Of a DNA stretch of 34,260 nucleotides, positions 12,512 to 23,995 are shown in pieces (the first letter of the stretch is position 1; the number at the start of each line of letters is the position of its first letter). A model generated the notes under the pieces. The model was not told the origin of the DNA. It was given only the letters and a program-made list of their open reading frames with translations, and ran no database searches. Source of the stretch: Callorhinchus milii. Taxonomy: Eukaryota. The stretch is taken from positions 1 through 34,260 of the forward strand of contig NW_024705567.1 in assembly GCF_018977255.1 (NCBI RefSeq), given 5' to 3'. A program made the translations under genes and the position numbers.

Positions 12512-12806
12512 AGCTCCCCCATCTAGCCTTAACAGACTGTTGGGGCAAGTGCTGTTCGCGAGCACCTATGAAGGCCGGCACAGCACACGAGGGGGTGGGT
12601 GGCCAGCACCGCGCTCGACCGCCTTTGTCTCCCCAGTGGCGATGCTTACTACACACCGTACCAGGTACTCATTTGAGGCCGAGTCGACCTGGGGGTGGCC
12701 CAGGACCGGTTCAGATAACCGTCACTGGTGTTGGCCGTGAGCAAGAATCTAACTTGGGTCACCGGTTTCTTAGCGCAGCGCGCTAACCGCTGCACTACCG
12801 CTCCCC
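12512..12806 (-). mobile_element. Full-length tRNA-derived SINE family 1
   Basis: Reverse complement of 13948-14238 over about 290 bp. Confidence 0.9.
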
Positions 12807-12840
12807 ATAGACATACAAACACACCCACACTAACACACAC

Positions 12841-12901
12841 CCTCAGGGTTCAAGGTGCCGAGGTACGTGCTGGCCATGTGATTGAACTCCTTCCTGCTGT
12901 A
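12841..12901 (-). CDS. Candidate orphan exon of unknown gene: YSRKEFNHMASTYLGTLNPE(G)
   Basis: Acceptor ggtctctgtgcag|, donor AGG|gtgtgt, 61 nt. 18 of 20 codons end in G/C in frame 0; the other two frames contain stops. Peptide not recognised. Confidence 0.4.
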
Positions 12902-13322
12902 CTGCACAGAGACCACGCTAGCACGTGCATCATACAACACACTTTGCAGCAGTGAGCATTGGTGGTGCTGATCAGTCCTAATAAGCACGAAACCGGTCCG
13001 CAGTTTGTGTCTCTCGACATCGCCGGTGCCTGTCAGTCGGTCACATTTGCTCAAATGTATTTTTCATGGTGACCTTTTAGACAAGAAGATCACATTCCAA
13101 TTCTTCAGGAACTGATGATGGTTTTTTGCATAATGCACAGAGCCTAAGTCCTTTTTTTACACTCGTTTTTGAGCGTTTGAAACCTGTGGTTTTCCAGTCT
13201 GCACTATTTTATTGACTTTATTTTATATGTTACTTTATTTTGTTACGATTCGGATTTCTCATCATTTACAGACCGGGTTAACATGTGTGTGTGTGTTTGG
13301 GGGGCGGGGGGGGCATTATGTC

Positions 13323-13603
13323 GGGAGCGGGATATCGTGCGTCGCACTACGAACCTGGCTACCTGAGTTCGATTCCCGATCACGGCCAACACCGGTGACG
13401 ATTATTTGAACCGGTCCTGGGCCTCCCCTAGGTCGACTCGACCTCAAATGAGTACCTGGTGCGGTGTGTAAACATCGCCACCGGGGAGATAAAGGCCGCC
13501 GGGCGTGGTGTTGGCCACCCACCCCTCGCCGTGCCGTCCTTCATAGGTGCTCGCTATCAGCACTTTCCCTAACAGTCTGTTAAGGCTATACAGGGGATCT
13601 TTA
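13323..13603 (+). mobile_element. tRNA-derived SINE family 1
   Basis: B box gagttcgattccc; body near-identical to 13948-14238. Confidence 0.9.
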
Positions 13604-13947
13604 TCTTTGGGGGGGGGGTAGATTACTAACACGATGCGTATGGACTGCGGACCCTTCCGCCCTCACTGCCGCCTGTCACACTTGCATCCCAAGCACCTTG
13701 ACTCATTTACAGAGCGCTGCTGATGCACGTTACCACGTCGGGTTAGCGGAGCACACTGACATTTAATCATTAAGTTTTCTTTGCATTGCTGTGAGCGACA
13801 TCCTTGCGCGTTTGGAGATGGGGGTAGGGGGGTGGGTGGGTCCTACATTGAAATCGATTGTATGACCAACGTGGTGAAGTATGGTCAAATAAGTCGTCAC
13901 GCCGCATGATGTGGGGGCACCCCTCAAGTGGCTGTGTGTGTCTGTGT

Positions 13948-14238
13948 GGGGAGCGGTGGTGCAGCGGTTAGCGTGCTGCGCTGTGAACCGGCGACCCGAG
14001 TTCGATTCCCGTTCACGGCCAACACCGGTGACGGTTATCAGAACCGGTCCTGGGCCTCCCCTAGGTCGACTCAGCCTAAAATGAGTACCTGGTGCGGTGT
14101 GTAAACATCGCCACTAGGGAGACAAAGGCGGCCGGGCGTGGTGTTGGCCACCCACCCCCTCGTGTGCCGTGCCGGCCTTCATAGGTGCTCGCTAACAGCA
14201 CTTTCCCCTACAGTCTGTTCAGGCTACACGGGGAATCT
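13948..14238 (+). mobile_element. Full-length tRNA-derived SINE family 1 (Pol III A/B boxes; Deu/Nin-like core)
   Basis: A box tggtgcagcgg (13957-13967), B box gagttcgattccc (13998-14010), core ggtcgactcagcctaaaatgagtacc..aaaggcggccgggcgtgg. Confidence 0.9.
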
Positions 14239-15291
14239 ATGTTATAACACCTGGTCATGCGTGGAGGTCCCTCGCGTTGAGCTACTGACACTTGACGAGA
14301 TCGGTCGTGTTCCTTGCGACTTGGTTTTAGGTGCGCTATGGAATGAACTTTGCTGCCTCGCGAGACTTGCATTGTCCTTGGCCATCTTGGTGAAGTATGG
14401 TCAAACAACCACCATGACCGACTGACATTGCATGGGGGGGGGAGGTCTTCATCTACTGACTCAGGGCTGCAGCCACTGGAGATGATTAACTGCCCATCCT
14501 GTACTCTTATTTGAGCAGGGGATCCACAAGTGTATTTGAGCCAAAATAATAGCCACCTCAACAAAATACATTAGCAGACAACGTCCCCCATCATATATCT
14601 GTCTTTTCCATGGGAGTGCATAATTTGAGCAGCATTGAATCAACGTGAGCAAATCTCCTGGACCGGTTTCCACACATTTATAGTGTCTCATCAGCAGAGT
14701 CCAGGCTTGCTTGAATCAATAGTGGCGGACTGCCAGATGTTACTGGCAAGGAGCCTCTCTCTACGACACACGGAGCCCTGATACGAAACCTCAGCTTTGA
14801 GTTCAAGGAATAGTGGATGGGTTGGAACGTCCCACGCTCATCCCGGTCTAGCCGCCACTTTGTTTCACAATAACTCGCGCGCGTCACTAATGTTGGAACA
14901 AATTCGGCCCCAGTTTAGAAATATTTCCCGGTGAGTAATGCTGCTGCGTATGGTTTTGGCGGTCTGGCTGCTGTGCAGCTGCACACTCGGAAGTGTTTTT
15001 TTTCGAGGGTGTTATAGCCACTTTGTAGAGCTGTCATTTGTGTACGGCCAGGTCGCTTCTGATCAAATAAGCGAAATAGCTCGGTGGGCTTTAGCTGATA
15101 AAATACAAAAAAATAGTTTATTTTTTTATTTTTTTTCAAGTGATTTGTTTACCTATCCTATACTGTACTTTAAACTGTTATCACGTTTTTTTTTACCCCG
15201 TGCCCCTACTGGACATCTGTACAAAATAACTTTATAGCTCACCGGATTCCTCCAGTGTAAATGCATTTTCTGATTCCGATTTTGTTCGGTG

Positions 15292-15336
15292 CTATGTCTG
15301 ATGTTTCGCTCGATGTGCCGGGAGCTTCTTCAGGAA
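15292..15336 (-). ncRNA. Degenerate minimal hammerhead motif, third PLE-like family (related to 24824-24871)
   Basis: Minus strand: CTGAAGA a gctc ccggcacatc gagc GAAAC ATC agaca. Confidence 0.55.
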
Positions 15337-15399
15337 CCGAATTTCGAGGTTCACCGAGAGAGACAATATCATGGTGATGTCGCTGGAAGCGCGTGACCT

Positions 15400-15801
15400 G
15401 TTTTGTTGGGCCACGAAAGGCGCGGTTAGGGAATTTGAATGTGAGCTCGTCACTAAACCTTGGGTAAAATTATATTCACGCATTCCTCTTGTCAAGGAGC
15501 ATAAACCATCATCTCGCAAAACTCGGTGGTCATCCTTGTAGCAGCGGCTTTTGGCTGGCCATTGAACAAAGACGGTGGCCACCGCATTGCGTGCTTTAAG
15601 ACGAGCTTTTGTCGTCGTCTGGAACGCTCTGCCTTCCGATATGTGGAGCCCACTGGAGCTATTCACTTTTTCAAATGATCTCGATTGAAAACTAATTTCC
15701 TGACAACTAATTTTTTTGTTTAGTTCGTTGTCCTTCCCCCCACCTCCGATTGGCACGGTTTGTTACGTACGGTGTCAAAGAAGTTCAACGTGACATACAT
15801 A
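15400..15801 (+). repeat. Interspersed repeat family X
   Basis: gcggcttttggctggcccattgaacaaagacgg ... gtacggtgtcaaagaagttcaacgtgacatacata, shared with 29490-29965. Confidence 0.7.
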
Positions 15802-16056
15802 CAACTCGTTAGTTGCTGTTTGATAGAAAGCTCTTATGCGCTGGTTACAAAGTTACTTGCCACTCCAGAGTCTAAAGGAGCATGATCATGTTTTCGGATT
15901 GTAATTCTTCTCCATAGTCGGCCGACTGAAGGATTCGGCTTGGCGGAGAGTGTATTGGATTCCGCAAATGTTTCTGTTCATTAAAATTGTTAAATGTATG
16001 TATATGCACCGGGCTTATTGCAGGGGGAGGGCAGCGCGGGAAGATTTGCTGTTGTG

Positions 16057-16207
16057 TTCTTGGGTTTTTTCGGTAAAGTCACGTAGGTAAAAAAATTTTA
16101 ATTAATAAAAGTAAAAGAAAAATAATATATATAAAAAATACCTGCGTGACTTTACCGAAAAAACCCAAGAATATGAATCCTTGCAGTCACGAAAGCTTCA
16201 ATCTAGA
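16057..16207 (+). mobile_element. Short PLE foldback insertion (no hammerhead)
   Basis: 13-bp TSD atttgctgttgtg (16044-16056, 16208-16220); inverted arms ttcttgggttttttcggtaaagtcacg / cgtgactttaccgaaaaaacccaagaa; 3' tail present. Confidence 0.9.
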
Positions 16208-16372
16208 ATTTGCTGTTGTGCTCTACTTGTATAGCCCTTGCCTGTACTCGTTCACCAGCCTGCACTGGCAGGCATGGCGAAGGGTGGCCAACTAACCCTG
16301 ATGACCTCGCATGGCGTGGAGAGGTCCTCATCCAGCAGTGGATTTGACTAAAGTGCCATACTTGTGCACACC

Positions 16373-16570
16373 ATGGGGCGCAGTGGTAAGCTCACTGCGC
16401 TATCGGCTTGAGTTAAATTCCCAGCCACGGCTAACGTCAGTGGCAAATCCTTGGCCCACACCCCTCCTCACTCCTTCGCCAACGCGCCTTGACCAGCTTG
16501 GTGAAGTATGTTCAAACACCCCGCTTGTCCAACGTGGCATGGCAAGGCCTTTATCCAACGGTCGGCTGAA
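16373..16570 (+). mobile_element. tRNA-derived SINE family 2 with RTE-like 3' end
   Basis: Head ggggcgcagtggtaag..gagttaaattccc; body ggtgaagtatg(g/t)tcaaac; sister fragments end in tcatccagcagtgga (16250-16345, 10755-10830, reverse at 4028-4100). Confidence 0.6.
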
Positions 16571-17041
16571 ACGGACTGAAAAAATTGTTCATTATTTTAT
16601 TTAGAATTTACCACCAATGACATCATTGCAGCATACGCTTGTTTTATTGTAATCTACCACTGCTATAGTCAGCTGAGTGCCACGTGGTGTTAGGAAACGG
16701 TCCCGGAAGATGAAACCACAGAGCCACTTCTCGAGTGGCTTCACTCGGCCTTTTCCGCCAACACGAGAGAGCGCTGTTGCACGCACTGTGAATAGCGATT
16801 TCTCATTTTTCGTAAAACACAGCCCGGTTACCAATCTCACAGAACCGAGATTTGGTTGTGCAATTAATCTGCCCGAATGTTTATCCGTGTCTTATCCGAT
16901 GTAGGCGTGTGTCGGGTCGACTGTCACGCGGTGACCATTACCCTGGGAGGCGGGGCGGGTGGGAACATGCTGCCCCCTGCTGTGTGTCAGCGGAGAGTAC
17001 TTGTACGGCTCTCGGAGGTAGCTCTGTGGTATCCGCTTCCT

Positions 17042-17399
17042 GCAATCTGGATACAGGTTTGACTTGGTGATTTGGCCACTAAGCCTGGAAAAAAAGCACA
17101 TTCATGCGTTTCTCCGTAACTTGTTAGTTGCCGTTGTGACAGAGATCGCTTATGCACTGGTTACAAACTTACTTGCCACTCCAGAGTTAAGGTATCCGTT
17201 TTCTCCAGCTGTCTTCTTTTGAATAGATTATTGGTCTCGTGTGAGATGATGGCAATCTGGATACAGGTTTGACTTGGTGATTTGGTCACTAAGCTTGGGA
17301 AAAAACTCATTTGTGCGTTTCTCCATAACTTGTTAGTTGCCGTTGTGACAGAGATCGCTTATGCACTGGTTACAAACTTACTTGCCTCCAGAGTTAAGG
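17042..17399. repeat. About 150-bp near-identical direct duplication (17042-17191 and 17252-17399); diverged third piece at 15803-15895
   Basis: gcaatctggatacaggtttgacttgg ... tccagagttaagg occurs twice, separated by about 60 bp. Confidence 0.9.
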
Positions 17400-17724
17400 G
17401 AGCATGGTAATATTTTCATTGAGGAGTAGTGATAGTCATCTGTTGACAGTCCAGAAGTCTTGTTGGTAATTTCACATTCATATTCTGGGGTCTGGTCTAG
17501 TCATGAAACAAGAACTCTTTACTTTACACAATGTTTTTCTCATTTGATCTGCTATTGAGAGATGATGATGATATATTATTATTATTAGTCTGGTAAAATC
17601 ATAGGAATATAATGGCTTGAACTTAATTTAGTAAGAGTAACATCTTTGACATGTTGACCTTTCACAACGCCAGTCGCTATGACAATAATAATGTGACATT
17701 ATGGAGTGTCTCACTCGCTTCAGC

Positions 17725-18241
17725 ATAATAATAGGTTTTCCCCCTTTTTTCTGGCAACAAAACTGAAACCTTTTTACAAGGAATCGTGTCTGCATTAACC
17801 ACAATACTTGTGGTCAAAATGCAACAAAAAAACACACTCTGATAATATATGCATTGTCCTTGAAACTGATTGGTCCACACCAAGGGATGGCTTTTTTTGA
17901 GGGGAAAAACCCTATTATTATATTTTGGTACTGGCAAAGGAGGTCTAATGATGTAGATGCTCACCCTAAGCCCTCATTACTGTGATAGTGCATTGTCTTT
18001 GAGCTGTACGCCTTTTGGCGTCCTCTGGCCGAGCACCAATTGGGTCGAGGCTCAAAAGAAAGCCGTCCCTTGGTGTGGACCAATCAGTTTCAAGGACAAT
18101 GCATATTGGACAATGCATATATTATCAGTGTGTTTTTTATGTGTATTTTGATCACAAGCATTGTGGTTAATGTACACATGATTCCTTGTAAAAAGGTTTC
18201 AGTTTTGTTGCCAGAAAAAAGGGGAAAACCCCTATTATTAT
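17725..18241. mobile_element. Two oppositely oriented partial copies of a MITE (family of 33184-33685) forming a roughly 170-bp inverted repeat
   Basis: 17728-17901 is the reverse complement of about 18050-18240; ends taataggttttcccc / ggggaaaacc(c)ctattatta. Confidence 0.8.
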
Positions 18242-18700
18242 AGTAGTGCACCACTTTGTGAAACGTGGTGAACCTCGCTAACATTTAGCGGAGGCAATGA
18301 AGACGCTCCCTCCCCTGCCGGCCCCCCAAACCCCCCTGCCCCCCTCCCCCCGCTATTATCCTTGACCATCGGCAAATCGTCCCATCTCGCGACGTGTCCC
18401 GCTGAAGCCCGCTTACTTTTTATTTAGAAATTGGATTATGCGATCGATCTGCATACGTCCTATGATCCACGTGTTCCTCTCCCCGTCTGTCACCGCCATT
18501 CTGAAGTGGGCAACCCCCTCCATGCTTCTTTCGCGTGTCCTTCAGTTGCTTTCGTTTTTGTTTTTTGCCAACATGAACAATATCGACAGGCAATGGGTAA
18601 CTCCACAAAGCAACAAAGCAAATCACCCTGCCAGAGGCAGGTCATGACCCTGCCCAGGCTGCGTCAGGCCCCCGAGAGCACAATTAAAAGCGTGCCATAA

Positions 18701-18953
18701 TCTTCTTGGTTCTTTTGGTAAAGTCACGTAGAATGGAAATAATAAAATAATAAAAATAAACCAATAAAATAATTCTCACGACGTTTCGGCCACAACGCAA
18801 AGCAGCCATCCTCATGCGTTGTGGCCGAAACGTCGTGAGAATTATTTTATTATGTTTTATTTTTGTTATTTTATTATTTCCATTCTACGTGACTTTACCG
18901 AAAGAACCAAGAAGATGAATCCCTGCAGTCACGAAAGCTTTAAATCGAAATTT
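18701..18953 (+). mobile_element. PLE foldback insertion
   Basis: About 100-bp inverted arms meeting inside the hammerhead; degenerate TSD agcgtgccataa / agcttgccacaa (18689-18700, 18954-18965). Confidence 0.88.
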
Positions 18954-20287
18954 AGCTTGCCACAACTTTCGCATGCGATACGTGCTTATCAGGCAGCTCT
19001 GGACTTAGAGTTTCTTTTCAAGAACATAACCAATAAGCTTCCTTCAAAAATAAAAATGGCATTCGGCGATAGATGGGTTTCAAAGAAATAGGGTATTTAT
19101 ATTATAGGAAGCCGTCGTGAGAGCTAAATAACTCTTCATCGTGACGCCGAAAGGCGTGTCCGCTGTTGGCACCTCATTTCCTTTTTAAAGTTCTCGACAG
19201 AATGTAATAAGAGGGGATGGGGGGGGGGGTGGAATAAATACATAATTTTAACTAAACACATGCTAGGCAAAGGGAATCGCATGTTATGGAAATTAAGTTT
19301 CACAAGTCCTGAGTCAAAACCTTTAAAAGTATGTGAATTAAAAACACGCGAATTTAAATAACACATCCGGTGCCTTGCATCTATTATGCATAGGCTACTG
19401 AAATTATTTGCATTCTTACATTTCATATTGAAAAATGTATGTGCTCTGTCCAAAGGCGGATTTGAATACATTTTTAAATGGTTGTTTACGTAACTGTGCG
19501 CATTTTACCATTCTGTAAGTATAAATTAATGACTTTGCTCACCACAAACGTAAACCTCCTACACGAAATGCGATGTGCTTCGTAAACAAAGCAGGAGGGA
19601 ATATACGCATCCACGATGGATGTGTGTGAATATCAAGTCTACATTTTCGCTGACCTAGGTGCATACGGCAGTGGACCCGTCACTTAGACAGTTTGTGTGC
19701 TTTTCTATAATATAAGTGATTTTCATGTCTCTCCGTGTTTTTTTGTAAGAAATCAAACTGAAGTTAAGTTCAAATGTAGACATGTAAAAGTAAAAAAAAA
19801 CAACGAAAACAACAACTCACTGGCAGATGAAAGGGCTGTTTGACTATACTTCACCACGGATATCACTTTGCTGCTGATGTTAGCTGTGGCCCAGGAATTA
19901 AACTCGGGTCACCAGGCTCACAACACGGTGCGCTAACCTCTGTGCCCATCGCTCTACCCCAGAGACGCTTTCGTGCTCGTTGTGCATCGTCGTTCAATGT
20001 CGGGTACGAATTTCAACTAATTTTACGTCTTGCTTAACGTGTTTTGTATGCAGTCGTTTTTGCCCCCTTTTGTCGCGTGTTGCGCGTTGCTTCTGTGACG
20101 CAGGTCTCCGTCTGCAACAGAGACGTCTGATCCTAACGAACTCTCACCTGGTGATTATATTAAGATGACTCGCATACAAATTAAACACTTGCAGTTTAAA
20201 CTATGAGCCCACACCCCTCCCCCCCCCACGATTTAAATAACATCTATAAAAGGAATAATAACACGTAATAATAACAAGATGAATATA

Positions 20288-20625
20288 TCTTGATTTAAAG
20301 CTTTCGTGACTGCAGGAATTCATACTCTTGGTCCACTGCCAGAGCCTCTGTGTTTGGACCATCTCTAGCTCCACCCTCCTACCTTGATGCACCCTTCTCA
20401 GGACAGGCTAACCTCCCACAATACAAAGTCCACTGCCCCAGTCTCTGTGGTTGGATTATCTCTAGCTCCACCCACCTACATTGATGCACCCTTCTCAGGC
20501 CTATATACGACCTTGTCTCATCAGCTTTCTCTCTCTCTCTCTTGCCTGAAGACAATTGCTTGTGTTGTGATCGAAACGTCGTGTTTATTAATTTTTATTT
20601 ACGTGACTTGACAGAAAGACCCAAT
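20288..20625. mobile_element. Rearranged PLE foldback: antisense tail, 43-bp direct repeat filler, plus-strand hammerhead core 20546-20580
   Basis: gatttaaagctttcgtgactgcagg; atctctagctccaccc..gatgcacccttctcagg twice; CTGAAGA c aattgc ttgtgtt gtgatc GAAAC GTC. Confidence 0.65.
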
Positions 20626-21249
20626 GTGAATACATTTGCATTATCAATGGCCAAAGGAAACGCTTACCGTAATTGTTTTAAAAAAATTCTCTAAATTGGA
20701 CAATTGTAGTGAATAGCGTAATTGTTGATATCGATGCAATAATGGAAATTATCATATATGTGCTCTATTCAGTTAATGGACTGCGGTCTTGAACGATGGA
20801 TGGAACATTTGCCTACAGCTGACTTTATTCCGATACCGTGACGCACTCAGTTCCACTGTCAAATAGGCTTTCCTTCATATTAAGTCAAATAGTTTACTCA
20901 ATTCATTATTCATTGCATTCCGTTGTCAAAAAACCCCGATGGGCTTTAATGCAGTCTACCGGACCTAATAAACGCTGCTATTCGGAGGAAGAAAAAAAAC
21001 CCCAACAACCACCATTTTTACCAACAATAAAAAGTTGGAACTTTAATAAGAAATGGATATAATTTGACTAGAGATACAGATGCGGTGTGATGGTCAGCAC
21101 AGAATCTAGATGTCGTCGGTTCGATCTCCCCGCATGGAATTTGCAACAATAAGGTATACGTCTTAAATCTCCCCCACCAACTCCCTCCCTCTCCCCTGCC
21201 TCCCCACTCCTTCCCTGTCCCCCTTTACCCATTTATGTTAAGTTACGTG

Positions 21250-21560
21250 CATATGTTGAACATCTTTCGCACTGTACGTAGCCAACCGTGCTAATCGGAG
21301 GTGCGGGGGAAGGACAACAAACGAAACACAAAACGCAATTTTGAAGAAATGAGTATTCAATGTACATGATTTAAAAATGCATAGCTCCAGTCGGCCACAG
21401 AAGCGCATCTGAAAGCGCCGCGCGATCCGGTGGCCGTCTTTGTTCGATGGCCCAGCCACAGAGCCCCGCTGCTACTACGAGGATGAGCCGGAGTTCGCGT
21501 GGTGGTTTATGTTCCTCGACGAGATTATCACGGCATCGTGGTACATGTGTGGCAAGCACT
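21250..21560 (-). repeat. Interspersed repeat family X
   Basis: tatgttgaac..gtacgtagccaaccgtgctaatcgg, reverse complement of the 29720-29960 region. Confidence 0.7.
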
Positions 21561-21577
21561 CTGTGTGTAATGAGTGT

Positions 21578-21733
21578 TAAAACTTGATTTGGAGCTTTTC
21601 GTGACTGCAGGAAATACTCTTTGGTTCTTTCAGTAAAGTCACGTAGAAAGATAACATAATAAATTAAATAAAAAAATTAATTACATAATTATTATGTTCT
21701 CTTTCTACGTGACTTTACCGAAAGAACCAAAGA
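21578..21733 (-). mobile_element. Short PLE foldback insertion
   Basis: 11-bp TSD gtaatgagtgt (21567-21577, 21734-21744); inverted arms; antisense tail. Confidence 0.85.
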
Positions 21734-22518
21734 GTAATGAGTGTAAGTTATCTCTCCCCCTCGCCCTTCTGCCCCATATCCACTTTGAACAATTTCGCTC
21801 AGGTGGGGCAGAGAGCCTCGAATTATCTCCTCTTCGTTGGGCCCTGGCGAGCCGGACTCGGGATTTTGCCCGCGGAGTTTCTGTTCCCCACCCCGCCGTC
21901 AAGTACTGTGATCGGTGCTTTGTACCGGGGCTCGCTTGAGCTGTACTAAAAACATATTAAAGTAAAAAAAGGAAAGGTGACAGCTTTAAGTAGAGGATTG
22001 GTTCTGCTGGCTTTGGCCACAGCCAATGGGGAGATAAGTCAGGGGCGTGGTCCCGGGAGCTTACGAGGGAGCCTCGAATATTCCACGGAGGCTAACCAGA
22101 ATTGGCGGGAACGTACCACGTGACCCGGGTATTAAATAGGGGTGGAGACGAACGACACGTGGTCAGAACGGGAACGAACAGAGGAGGGGCCATGCGGGAA
22201 CGAGGCTCCGGGTTGCCACGTGGCGGTGCGTCTCTCTCTATCTATCCCTCTCACCAACCGTCTCACCCCCAGGGGGGTCGATCGGCAGGGGGTCACGTGC
22301 CGCGTGGGCAAAGTGTAGGGCACTCGGTACGTCTCCCACGACGGATGGTGAGCGTGGAAGAGTAGGCTCTAAATGGAGGCTCTTCTTCTGTCGCACGAGC
22401 GAGAAAAGTCAGGGCTGCACTTTACAATCGTACAGAGTGGGCACTCAACTGCGCACACTGAGATCTGTTGCCTCATGCCTAGAGAGGAAATTAGGAAAAT
22501 GTCAACAAAATCTATGTT

Positions 22519-22896
22519 CTTCTTGGTTCTTTCGGTAAAGTCACGTAGAATGGAAATAATAAAATAATAAAAATAAAACATAATAAAATAATTCTCACGA
22601 CGTTCCGGCCACAACGCAAGCAGCCGTCCTCAGGTGAAGACCAGGTCTGTCGGGGAAACAGCGTCTGAATTCAGACCAGGTCTGTCGAGAAGACAACGAA
22701 TCTCATTCAGACGCTGTCTTTCCGACAGACCTGGTCTTCACCTGAGGACGGCTGCTTGCGTTGTGGCCGAAACGTCGTGAGAATTATTTTATTATGTTTT
22801 ATTTTTATTATTTTATCATTTCCATTCTACGTGACTTTACCGAAAGAACCAAGAATATGAATCCCTGGTAGTCACGAAAGCTTTACATCGAAATTT
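22519..22896 (+). mobile_element. Longest PLE foldback insertion (about 150-bp arms, hammerhead motif on each strand)
   Basis: 12-bp TSD aaaatctatgtt (22507-22518, 22897-22908); arms about 22520-22670 and 22705-22855. Confidence 0.92.
22737..22781 (+). ncRNA. Minimal type I hammerhead ribozyme (PLE type, extra nucleotide after A9, palindromic stem III)
   Basis: ttcac CTGAGGA c ggctgc ttgcgtt gtggcc GAAAC GTC gtgag: stem I 5 bp, stem II 6 bp, complete core, GUC cleavage triplet at 22774-22776. Confidence 0.8.
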
Positions 22897-23077
22897 AAAA
22901 TCTATGTTTCATCATGCATTTGCCCTCATGGAACAACAACAACAACACCATCAGTTGGGAATAACGTTTGAAGCACTTTGTTCTGATTCGTTTGTTTTGA
23001 TATGTATATAAAGCAGTCAAATAAGGGAACAAAGTGCATTCCATTCCACAAAAGGTTTATATAACAGCTTCTGTTAA

Positions 23078-23332
23078 ATTAGATTTAAAGCTTTCGTGAC
23101 TGCAGGGATTCATCTTCTTGTTCTTTCGGTAAAGTCACGTAGAAGGGAAGTAATAAAATCATAAAAAAAAACAATAAAATAAAAGAATTCTCACGACGTT
23201 CGGCTACACGCAAGCAGCGTCTCAGGTGCGTTGTAGCCAAAACGTCGTGAGAATTATTTTATTTTATTATGTTTTATTTTTATTATTTTATTACTTCCCT
23301 TCTACGTGACTTTACCGAAAGAACCAAGAAGA
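23078..23332 (-). mobile_element. PLE foldback insertion
   Basis: TSD agc(t/g)tctgttaa (23066-23077, 23333-23344); inverted arms; antisense tail. Confidence 0.88.
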
Positions 23333-23995
23333 AGCGTCTGTTAATTGAATGGGATCACTAATTAAAAAGCCTGGCAGAAACTAAAGTGCTCGGTTTAATC
23401 ATACGAAACATTTCATGATGTAATAATGCTCAGAAATGGAGTGAACTTATGAATAAAAGTAAATTGTACTTCAGTATGCATTTCACCCACGACATGACGC
23501 AATGTCCCAGAGTGCAGTGCTTTAGCTTGGAGGACACTCTACAGACAGCATGTCTCGATGCCAGCTTTTTTTTTAAGAAATATATTGATCATGGGCATCA
23601 TAATAATTCACATTTGCAAGGTGCGTTTCATCCATAGATGCCAATGTGCCAGCATGCATGGACATCAGAAAGTTAACAGAACCTGCAGGTTAAATGGCCA
23701 GAACTTGGGGTTAATGGTCTGTTTAAATAAGTGACAGACTTAAATATATCTAACGATTCTGATTGTCTCATTAGCAAAGGTGAAGAGTTCCAAAGCTTGG
23801 CAGTTGCACTGCCAAAAGCCAGGCCACCTCAGGAAATTCACCAATGACACACAATAAATCGGATTAGTAATTGTCGATGACAATAAAAATGAAATGCTCA
23901 CGCTACATTTAAGCAACGCACGTCAACACAACTGAACAAATTAGATGGGGGGGGCGGGCGGGGAGGGGATACACGGATAAAAATACTAACGAGAT

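Noticed and set aside
13948..14020. tRNA gene
   Set aside because: The A/B boxes belong to a SINE head that continues into a 290-bp multi-copy body; not a standalone tRNA.
14208..14887. Overlapping minus-strand ORFs as a degraded gene
   Set aside because: No recognisable domain or consistent frame.
18819..19091. Recurring MWPKRRENYF.. small ORFs (also 22369-22614, 33229-33411, 23909-24136)
   Set aside because: Translations of the non-coding PLE terminal repeat starting inside the hammerhead; frames diverge between copies.
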